Below, piece after piece: positions 1 through 6,865 of a stretch of 10,196 bases of DNA. The stretch comes from Candidatus Thorarchaeota archaeon (GTDB lineage: Archaea > Asgardarchaeota > Thorarchaeia > Thorarchaeales > Thorarchaeaceae): assembly GCA_016933575.1 (NCBI GenBank), contig JAFGAR010000085.1:1-10196 (forward strand), read 5' to 3'. Both the position numbers and the translations under genes were made by a program. Numbering within the stretch: position 1 is the stretch's first letter; every line of letters begins with the position of its first letter. The notes beneath the pieces are model-generated. The model had not been told where the DNA came from, ran no database searches, and worked only from the letters and a program-made list of their open reading frames with translations.

Positions 1-698
1 ATCAGTTGAGATTGTATTGAGAGTACCTTTGCTTCCTCACCTGTCCCTAATGCACTCACACTGAAATCACATCCATGGATATATTCCTGAACTATCAATT
101 CGACACTCTTTCTCGAATCAAAATACTGTGCCATGGTTTCAAAGTCTGGAAATGACCTTATTCCGGAACCACCTCCAGAGGTACAAGGACGTACCACGCA
201 GGGAAATCCGACCTTTATTGCACTTCTTAGTAGATGCTGGACAGATCTACACTTGTATGAACGTGGCATCCTCGCAGGCAGGTTGTCTTCATTGATAATC
301 GACTGAATCTTCTTCCTATTTCTCGCAGAAGATATCATTGGAGGGGAGTTACCAGAAAGACCGTAATTCTTCTGGATTCTGTGAAGAGATGAGGAGTGAT
401 CATCGAATCCACTCCCAATAAGGATTGCATCAAACTCAATATCCGGGAAGGCAGATAGGAAATTATCAGAAAGAGAGAGATGTATAGGCCTTTCTTGTGA
501 GCTTCTTTGCCTACATCCTGGTTTCGGAGCTAGAACAGTCGTCCACTCATCTGAGCATGCTACCAGGTCAATATCTCCCCAATAGTCCGAAACATATGTC
601 TTTCCTCCTAGAGCTTTTATTGAGCATGCGATGGGTCGTGCATTGAAACCAATGATTCCGATATTCTTTTCTTTAAGCATCGCTTTTTGTGGAATCAT
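1..698 (-). CDS. ATP-grasp carboxylate-amine ligase, COG2232-like (family often associated with H4MPT/methanofuran C1 genes); 5' part only, runs off the left edge
   Basis: Not in the ORF track; hand translation of the minus strand is open from ATG 698 (in-frame ATG also at 680) to the edge: MIPQKAMLKEKNIGIIGFNARPIACSIKALGGKTYVSDYWGDIDL...ILIGSGFDD...SGNSPPMISSARNRKK...GFPCVVRPCTSGGGSGIR...LIVQEYIHGCDFSVS. It contains the ATP-grasp PxVx(K/R)PxxxGGGxG loop and QEYIxG motif. The N-terminal GxxxRxxAxS...DxxGDxD and GSGF motifs are typical of the COG2232 group. SD-like AGGTG lies about 10 nt upstream of 698. Confidence 0.85.
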   Translation of the reverse strand, partial: MIPQKAMLKEKNIGIIGFNARPIACSIKALGGKTYVSDYWGDIDLVACSDEWTTVLAPKPGCRQRSSQERPIHLSLSDNFLSAFPDIEFDAILIGSGFDDHSSSLHRIQKNYGLSGNSPPMISSARNRKKIQSIINEDNLPARMPRSYKCRSVQHLLRSAIKVGFPCVVRPCTSGGGSGIRSFPDFETMAQYFDSRKSVELIVQEYIHGCDFSVSALGTGEEAKVLSIQSQL

Positions 699-724
699 CT
701 TGTTCTGACACCTAACATATTTGC

Positions 725-771
725 TTAGGGACTTCTTACAAACTGGTGTTTAGGAGAAATAGTGTCCCTAA
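725..771. repeat. Inverted repeat / imperfect hairpin in divergent intergenic spacer
   Basis: TTAGGGAC (725-732) is the exact reverse complement of GTCCCTAA (764-771). Inner pairing AAAC (740-743) / GTTT (748-751) closes a TGGT loop. Confidence 0.5.
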
Positions 772-807
772 TATATCCTGCATAGGAACTATCCTTGGGA
801 GTTATCG

Positions 808-2358
808 ATGGCAAATGAACTAGAAAAGATAATCCAAACTAGAGATTATCCTCTATTGGAAGCAAAGGCTGAAGAATACATCAAGGAGGGGGATTGGGAA
901 CTCTTCCTTGGAGAACTCAAAGTGATCACTCCGATAGGAAAAGTCAGAGATGCCGTAATGTTTCTCTTAGGTCTCGAGTCAGTTGGAGGAACAGACTGCG
1001 ACATATTCGATGAATTTCAGAACCTACAAGGATCCAATCTTTACGAAATAAGATCTGAGGCAATTTCAGAGACTATTACGATTCTTAAGGACCAGATTAG
1101 GAATAGGAATACCTTCTTCATAGACGCAGAAAAAATGCTGATTACTCCATTCGCAATTCTCTATGAGGATGTGGTAAATGCTCGACTTGAGGAACTTAGA
1201 GAACTAGAAAGCAGGGCTTCTCGAAATGAACTATTGCGAACATACTATGGTTTCATGATTCTGACGATGAGTGGTGTCGCATCAAATGAGGAATTGCAGC
1301 AACATAACCGATGGTATTGGCGTCGCAGGAGCTATCTTAGCCAACCAAGTTTGCAAAATGATACAATCGAAGCGATCAATCAAATGATGCGGGATTTGAA
1401 CTCGGAAATCAATCTAAACGCTCGATATGAAACACTAGGTACTTCATCGTTTCTGCAAGACAAATGTAGTAAGAGCACAAGCCAATTACTGGCAGATATA
1501 ATCAGAATGACACTCTACATGACACCCTGGGATAGAGGGAGAGCAGCAGAGAACCTTGGAAGAACAGGGGATTCTAGACCGTTGGAGTTTTTGCATCATC
1601 GGCTTGAACTTGAAAAGGACATGAAAACCAAGATATCAATTGTCAATGGCATTGGACAAATAGGATCTCCTTCCTCTTTTCAACTTCTAAAGGAGTATGT
1701 ATCTCTTTCAGGATATAGAAAGAATAGACTAGCCATAGCATCATGTCAGGCTATCGGAGGAATTCATACAGGTGAATCAACTTCGTTCCTCAGAGATACA
1801 TTGAACAATGGAAGCAATGATTTGAAAGTAAGAGCTATTAGAGGATTGGCAGAAAGGGATATTGCTGATGTTCCAGAATTAGTAAAGCCATTGATGAAGT
1901 CTTCAAGCAAGGTGATTCTTAGAGAAGTAATCGGCATACTGATTGACTCTGGAGAAGATGGAAAGAATTCCCTCTTGGAATACTCTCTCCCGATTCTAAA
2001 GAAGCTAATCAATAACAGACCCTCCTATGGTGCATTGTGTCGCCTACTATCCTTGCAGGCGATTCAAGAATCTGAGAGCATCCAGGGATTGCTGGCATCA
2101 ACGATAAGAACGCTCAACGAACAAAGATTGCGGTTATATGATAGGTCAAAACATAGTTGGTGGTCAGTTCGATACTTGAGATATTACAACGATAGACTCA
2201 CCCAGGTGATAAGGCTAGTTGTTTCCAACTATTCAATTCCATTACCCTCTGAACTTGATAGCGTTATAAGAGACATAGCATCATCCAGCAATCCTGATCT
2301 GGTGATCCCATTGGCAATATCAGTACGTGGGAGCGTAAAGGAAAAGTATAATGACTAG
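808..2358 (+). CDS. HEAT-repeat (PBS-lyase/HEAT_2-like) alpha-solenoid protein, 516 aa
   Basis: About five tandem ~30-35 aa HEAT-like units at ~1519-1965: DRGRAAENLGRTGDSRPLEFL, KTKISIVNGIGQIGSPSSFQLL, LAIASCQAIGGIHTGESTSFL, DLKVRAIRGLAERD, ILREVIGILIDSG. SD-like GGGAG before ATG 808. Confidence 0.85.
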   Translation: MANELEKIIQTRDYPLLEAKAEEYIKEGDWELFLGELKVITPIGKVRDAVMFLLGLESVGGTDCDIFDEFQNLQGSNLYEIRSEAISETITILKDQIRNRNTFFIDAEKMLITPFAILYEDVVNARLEELRELESRASRNELLRTYYGFMILTMSGVASNEELQQHNRWYWRRRSYLSQPSLQNDTIEAINQMMRDLNSEINLNARYETLGTSSFLQDKCSKSTSQLLADIIRMTLYMTPWDRGRAAENLGRTGDSRPLEFLHHRLELEKDMKTKISIVNGIGQIGSPSSFQLLKEYVSLSGYRKNRLAIASCQAIGGIHTGESTSFLRDTLNNGSNDLKVRAIRGLAERDIADVPELVKPLMKSSSKVILREVIGILIDSGEDGKNSLLEYSLPILKKLINNRPSYGALCRLLSLQAIQESESIQGLLASTIRTLNEQRLRLYDRSKHSWWSVRYLRYYNDRLTQVIRLVVSNYSIPLPSELDSVIRDIASSSNPDLVIPLAISVRGSVKEKYND

Positions 2359-2398
2359 CAATACCGTATCCATTTGATAAGGTAAAATACACACTCTA

Positions 2399-2412
2399 GG
2401 AAAGCTTATACC
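2399..2412 (+). promoter_or_regulatory. Putative archaeal BRE + TATA promoter of the coiled-coil gene
   Basis: GGAAAG followed directly by CTTATA (purine-rich BRE-like element, then TATA-like box), about 50 nt upstream of ATG 2460. SD-like GAGGGA immediately precedes that ATG. Confidence 0.5.
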
Positions 2413-2459
2413 TGAGCGATATCTGAAAGAAGTGTAGCTTGGTCCACAGAGGGAACTTC

Positions 2460-4040
2460 ATGGCTGACGATAAATTGAAGGAAGAAGAAAAAGTCAAGAT
2501 GCAGAAGGCGTTGAAAGATGCATCTCTTACTGAGAAAGATATCCTTCTTTTAGCTGAAGGAGAGGATGAATGGGGGGCATCGACCCCAGTTGACAGTGGG
2601 GATGAGCTGATTTCAGCAGCAGCATCAGCATTGGAGTTCGTTGAGGGACTCGACACTCCTGAGTCGAAAGCAGTGAGGCTCACTGAGGGTGGTGAGGCGG
2701 CTGCTGGATTTGATTCTCTTCTCAAGAAGCTTGAAACCATGAGGGGTGAGATTGCCGCTCTGCAGCGTGGTGTCGTAGGTATCTTTGCAGCTCAGCTCCT
2801 TACATTCAGAGGAAAAGTGGTGGATCTGAAGACAATCATATCTGAGGATATGGTGGAGAAGCTCAGGATGCCCATGTTTAAGAACGTCATCGAATCTACA
2901 TTCGTTGATATTGTAGACACTGAATTCGCATCGCTTGAGAAGGAACTCGTCGATAAGATTGTTGATCAGACCCAAGAGCGATTCAAAGAATTCGCAACTA
3001 CAATCCGAGAGTCGGAGACAGAATTACGAGCGACAATCGTGCAGCAGCAAGATATTGTTAGATCATTTATGGAGAGCCTTGAGGAAGAGGCATTTGCTTC
3101 AGGAGATACTCTCAAAGAGAAGGATCAAGCAATTAAGAAACTTGAGATGAAGATTAAAGATCTGCAAAAGCAGCTCGATGAAGGTAGAGCCTTCGAAGTA
3201 GCCAAAGAGGAGATGAACAGGAAGATCGCAGACTTCGAGGCTGAGATATCCGAACTCAGTGAGAACCTCTTCCGTAAGGATACTGTCGTAGAAGAGCGAA
3301 CAAATGAAAGAGATGCTGCACGTGCACAGATAGAAGAACTCAAGATCCAACTAGCTGAATCATCCTCTCAGCTTGAAGTATACAGAAAAGCAGAGAGTTC
3401 GAAGACAACGAAATCTCCTGCTGCTGAAGCTGAAATGAAGGCATTGGAATCAAAGATTCAGCTCATCGAAAAAGCTCTGGCTGAGAAGCGCAGTGAAAAT
3501 GATACCTTGACTGCAAAGATCAAGGAATTAGAGCGAGCTGTAGTGGAAGCTAACAAGGGGAAGGAAGTTTCTGAGAAGGAAGCAAAGGATAGACTTGGCG
3601 AGATCGAAGCAATGCAAGCCAAGTTCTCTGAGGTCAAAGAACTCGAACAAAAGGTCTATGATCTGCAAAATGAGCTGAAAGATGCACAATCCAAGGTTCC
3701 AATTGTCGAGATGCAACGTGAAGCCTTTGAAAAAGCAACCAGACTTATGGAAAAGGAAAGGGATATGGCATTAGAGATGAGAGACCTCGCAGAAGAACGT
3801 GCAAAGAGATACATCAAAGTCCTAAACATTGAGGCAAACACGAAGGTCCTTCTGTTAGTTGATGAGGTCGGGAAGATGTCGTTTACTGACTTAGGTAAGG
3901 CATTGGGTGTCCCTGTTGGACTGGCTGCAAAGCATGCACGGGAGCTCGCAAAACTTGGAGTCTTGAAAGTCGAGGACGAAATGGCGCTTTCGACCTTGAA
4001 GGATATCGAGATCAAAGAGGGTGAGGTCAAGGTAGACTAG
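2460..4040 (+). CDS. Long coiled-coil protein with acidic N-terminal head and C-terminal winged helix-turn-helix domain (526 aa)
   Basis: Start reassigned from TTG 2439 to ATG 2460 (GAGGGA SD). Glu/Lys/Ala-rich heptad pattern across ~2709-3833. The C-terminal KVLLLVDEVGKMSFTDLGKALGVPVGLAAKHARELAKLGVLKVED fits a wHTH (helix, HTH, LxxLGV + beta wing). No Walker A/B motif, no TM segment, no Cys. Confidence 0.85.
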   Translation: MADDKLKEEEKVKMQKALKDASLTEKDILLLAEGEDEWGASTPVDSGDELISAAASALEFVEGLDTPESKAVRLTEGGEAAAGFDSLLKKLETMRGEIAALQRGVVGIFAAQLLTFRGKVVDLKTIISEDMVEKLRMPMFKNVIESTFVDIVDTEFASLEKELVDKIVDQTQERFKEFATTIRESETELRATIVQQQDIVRSFMESLEEEAFASGDTLKEKDQAIKKLEMKIKDLQKQLDEGRAFEVAKEEMNRKIADFEAEISELSENLFRKDTVVEERTNERDAARAQIEELKIQLAESSSQLEVYRKAESSKTTKSPAAEAEMKALESKIQLIEKALAEKRSENDTLTAKIKELERAVVEANKGKEVSEKEAKDRLGEIEAMQAKFSEVKELEQKVYDLQNELKDAQSKVPIVEMQREAFEKATRLMEKERDMALEMRDLAEERAKRYIKVLNIEANTKVLLLVDEVGKMSFTDLGKALGVPVGLAAKHARELAKLGVLKVEDEMALSTLKDIEIKEGEVKVD

Positions 4041-4388
4041 TCAGAAGGCAATAGACCTGTCCCCTTGATTGTATGATTCGACGATATCATCCCAATATTT
4101 CCCAATCTTTGTAAGGGCTGAAGCGAAGTCCTTCGCCATCCTATATTCACCCATTCTCTTCTCTACAATTCCTACATCTCTTAGTTTCCTCATCACCTTC
4201 ACATAGAGGCCCCTGCTACTTAGGACGAATTTCTCCCAGTCATTGTCTGTAACTACTCCATTCGAAGCCATTATCTCGTTGAGTATCTTCGCTGCTTGAC
4301 TGACCTGCATCTCGGTGAAGAAGACATACCTGAGAAGGTGGTTTGGCTGAATCAATGAAGGCCGCCTGACCAAATCTATCTTTGCCAT
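4041..4388 (-). CDS. Small winged-helix domain protein (115 aa), hypothetical
   Basis: ATG 4388 preferred over TTG 4409. SRGLYVKVMRKLRDVGIVEKRMGEYRMAKDF has the recognition helix, LxxxGIV and beta-wing pattern of wHTH proteins, followed by an amphipathic helix (FASALTKIGKYW). Confidence 0.75.
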   Translation of the reverse strand: MAKIDLVRRPSLIQPNHLLRYVFFTEMQVSQAAKILNEIMASNGVVTDNDWEKFVLSSRGLYVKVMRKLRDVGIVEKRMGEYRMAKDFASALTKIGKYWDDIVESYNQGDRSIAF

Positions 4389-4436
4389 TGCACTCGCCAC
4401 GAATGTCAAGAGATTTGGTGAATATCAGAGGAAGTA

Positions 4437-5414
4437 TTACGTTTCTGCTCTGAAGCCATCCACCATAAGCAAAGGCACGACGATGATCGCGAATACAGCT
4501 ACTGCTATAACAGTTTGAGAAGCGAGACTAAAGGTACTGAACAGCGATAGAAGAATCCCTGCAATAATCGTTGCCACGAATGGCAGTAGGTTATAGGGTG
4601 TTCGGAGACGCCCCATGGCGGTTATCATTATGAAGAATCCATAGGCGATTGCTGCAAATCCTATTGCCAAGGCGAACATTACTGCAAGCAGCTCGTACAA
4701 CCCAAAAAGGAGAATTCCTGCGATGGGAATAAAGTAAGCAACTGCGAGCCAAATGAAGTTGAACAAGATAATGTATCTCAATCCTGGAAGAGCATTTCGG
4801 ATGTCAACATCTGATGGAGCGTTGCTGAACATGATTGTCATAGCTAGAAATGCGACTATCCAGAACAACGGATTTATTACTGTCAGCTCAGCGAAGGTAT
4901 AGAAGAAGGCATACACGAACTCACCGATGACCAGGAGGGGATATGAAGCATTAGCCAGCAGTAGTGGATCCGTCTTTACATTCACTAGATCCATCAAGAG
5001 CGCGATTGCTTCCCCTCCAAGATGTGCATCTGGAATGAGATATGTGGCAGCCAATGCGAAGAAAGTTAGTAAAACAAGGGAAACACCGACAGGTGCCATA
5101 TTGATTACGGTACGCTTGAGTACACTAGGGGGATTGACGTACTTCACATAGCCAAGGACTACTTGATCGCCCTCAACTGATACATTGATGGGTTTGAATT
5201 CGACAATCTCAGTACCTGTAAATATGCATCCCAAAGCATGCGACGACTCATGAAGTGCGACACCTGGTCCAACTAAGCCATACCATGCACGCGAACCTGG
5301 CTTTCTTGTCGTCTGTAAAGCAACTTGCGATAGTAGCTCTAATAGCCATCCTAATCCCCAGACCAGGAAGAACAATAGAAATGCAATAAGGACTATAGTG
5401 AAGTACGCATTCAT
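4437..5414 (-). CDS. Polytopic membrane Zn-metalloprotease-like protein (M50/site-2-protease-like HExxH family)
   Basis: GPGVALHESSHALG (HExxH at 5238-5252) lies in a hydrophobic segment. Also LGYV beta-loop, NMAP motif and NAPSDVD (4803-4823; candidate third Zn ligand Asp). About 8 hydrophobic stretches. Strong SD GGGGTGA before ATG 5414. Confidence 0.85.
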   Translation of the reverse strand: MNAYFTIVLIAFLLFFLVWGLGWLLELLSQVALQTTRKPGSRAWYGLVGPGVALHESSHALGCIFTGTEIVEFKPINVSVEGDQVVLGYVKYVNPPSVLKRTVINMAPVGVSLVLLTFFALAATYLIPDAHLGGEAIALLMDLVNVKTDPLLLANASYPLLVIGEFVYAFFYTFAELTVINPLFWIVAFLAMTIMFSNAPSDVDIRNALPGLRYIILFNFIWLAVAYFIPIAGILLFGLYELLAVMFALAIGFAAIAYGFFIMITAMGRLRTPYNLLPFVATIIAGILLSLFSTFSLASQTVIAVAVFAIIVVPLLMVDGFRAET

Positions 5415-5433
5415 TAAATCACCCCTAACTTAC

Positions 5434-5913
5434 CTAATCGATTCCAAGTTCTCTCTTCTTCTCTTCCTCGACCTTTCCAACTTCATCAGCTTTTATCTTT
5501 TCCATCTCTTTTGCTTTTTGCTTCTTTGCCTTTTCAACTATCTTCATCTTTCCCTTCTCAATTTCATCAATTCGCTTCAACTTTGTCTTCTCAGCGTTCT
5601 TGATGCGTTTCTTGAGACCTTCTACCTTCTTCCTGGTATTGGAAATCTCTGCATTCTTGCCTCCAGAGGCTTTCTTGTATTTCTTGTCAGCCTCTTTCCA
5701 TGAAGCTTCGGCTTCTCTTGCTCGTTTTCGAATTGCCTCGTAGGCGTCCAGTTTGGTTTTTGCGTCAGTACGTAAACGTTCGATCTCCCCGTCCAAGCGT
5801 GCTCCGATACCAGCTTGTTCAGATTCAGCTTGCTGAAGTTCCTGTTTGAATTTCAGAATATCCGAGTCGATCTTACGAATTTTCTTATCATCTGAATAGT
5901 CTGAACCCGACAT
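5434..5913 (-). CDS. Lys/Glu-rich all-helical coiled-coil protein (159 aa), hypothetical
   Basis: About 35 Lys in 159 aa, no Pro/Cys/His, continuous heptad-like pattern. AGGA SD before ATG 5913. Ends 19 nt before the protease start. Confidence 0.8.
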   Translation of the reverse strand: MSGSDYSDDKKIRKIDSDILKFKQELQQAESEQAGIGARLDGEIERLRTDAKTKLDAYEAIRKRAREAEASWKEADKKYKKASGGKNAEISNTRKKVEGLKKRIKNAEKTKLKRIDEIEKGKMKIVEKAKKQKAKEMEKIKADEVGKVEEEKKRELGID

Positions 5914-6093
5914 TGTTATCCTGCAACAGAGGACAACCGAGCTATTTCACTCTTATCCATACGAGCTTTCAGTGTGGTAAACTTGATATCCTTCAGTATA
6001 AAGAGTCTGCCTAATTTAATACATCAGAAAGAGGCATGTCAATTGATTACGTACACGAACATAAGATATACAGATTTCTACAGCTTCTTCAAT

Positions 6094-6588
6094 GTGTCTG
6101 AGGTTAGCAGGGAGAAAAAGCCTGACGGATCATCATTGGTTCGATCAAAGCCCGGAGGTTTCCAGGAGTTCATTGATATCGAGTTTATGATAGATAGAGA
6201 TGACTATCTAAAAGAAGCTATCCTCTGGTTGGACCGCCAATGGATAGGAGATGAGAACAATCTGAATGTCTTTGCGAAGGATATCGCGAAGAGCTTTATA
6301 CACGACACGATCGGAACAGGCCTTCAGGATCAAATCGAACCCATAGTCCAGATGCTGTTCAACGTGAAAGGTGGGGAAGATCATGTGATTACCCTTAACG
6401 GAGATGGTCCTCCATCAGTTGATGAGGTTGGCATACCCGAACTCCGACAGGTAATCTTGACCTTCGCAGGATTGGAATCATCTTGGTCACTCAATCTTTA
6501 TGAAGCGCAGATTCACATGGAGAATGTGCAGATTGATGAGCGGTATCGCCTGCGAATAAGTGTGTGCTACCAAGGTAACTCCTCATGA
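6094..6588 (+). CDS. Acidic hypothetical protein (~164 aa)
   Basis: The ORF fills the gap with protein-like alpha/beta composition from VSEVSREKK onward. The first 40 codons of the track ORF (5974-6093) are AT-rich and look intergenic, so GTG 6094 is preferred (ATG 6187 is an alternative). No recognisable motif. Confidence 0.6.
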   Translation: MSEVSREKKPDGSSLVRSKPGGFQEFIDIEFMIDRDDYLKEAILWLDRQWIGDENNLNVFAKDIAKSFIHDTIGTGLQDQIEPIVQMLFNVKGGEDHVITLNGDGPPSVDEVGIPELRQVILTFAGLESSWSLNLYEAQIHMENVQIDERYRLRISVCYQGNSS

Positions 6589-6861
6589 ATAGATAGCATT
6601 TCGTATGGTCAAAGCAAAATCCTCTGGTGACACCCCGATCAATTGACCATCTATGGACTCTAGCGCCTTGCGGATACGTGCCGCCATCTCAGGAATCTCA
6701 AAGCTGCTTCCTTTCAACGATTGTTCGATTTCATGGAGACCTTCTTCTGGGTGCAGGAAGAAATCTCCTGTTATGATTACCTCTGATATCCTGTTAGATT
6801 CTAGTAACACCTTCACCTTGATGAGTTTGCCAGCCGGTACTTTGTATGCAAATTGCTTCAT
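6583..6861 (-). CDS. lplB: Lipoate-protein ligase accessory (C-terminal domain) subunit, LplB
   Basis: MKQFAYKVPAGKLIKVKV...ISEVIITGDFFLHPEEGLHEIEQSLKG carries the KxPxGKLI and ITGDFFxHPE signatures of the stand-alone LplA C-terminal domain. SD AGGTGA (overlapping the lplA stop) before ATG 6861. Confidence 0.92.
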   Translation of the reverse strand: MKQFAYKVPAGKLIKVKVLLESNRISEVIITGDFFLHPEEGLHEIEQSLKGSSFEIPEMAARIRKALESIDGQLIGVSPEDFALTIRNAIYS

Positions 6862-6865
6862 CTTA

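Noticed and set aside
1764-4030. Shadow ORFs 1764-2012, 2396-2740, 2625-2975, 2935-3150, 3099-3350, 3125-3343, 3528-3716, 3656-4030
   Set aside because: Antisense or off-frame to well-supported genes. The antisense ones show the Ser/Phe/Leu-rich composition expected from the reverse complement of Glu/Lys-rich coding sequence.
808-4388. SMC/kleisin/HAWK-like chromosome complex (HEAT + coiled coil + winged helices)
   Set aside because: The coiled-coil protein has no Walker A, signature or Walker B motif and no recognisable hinge; no ATPase gene is in the block; the HEAT repeats are the short prokaryotic type.
2460-5414. Lamin plus Ste24/ZMPSTE24-like processing pair
   Set aside because: The coiled-coil protein has no Cys or CaaX box (ends EVKVD), and the protease motifs are M50-like rather than M48.
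5434-5913. ESCRT-III/PspA assignment
   Set aside because: Only generic helical composition; it lacks the basic-N/acidic-C polarity and recognisable motifs.
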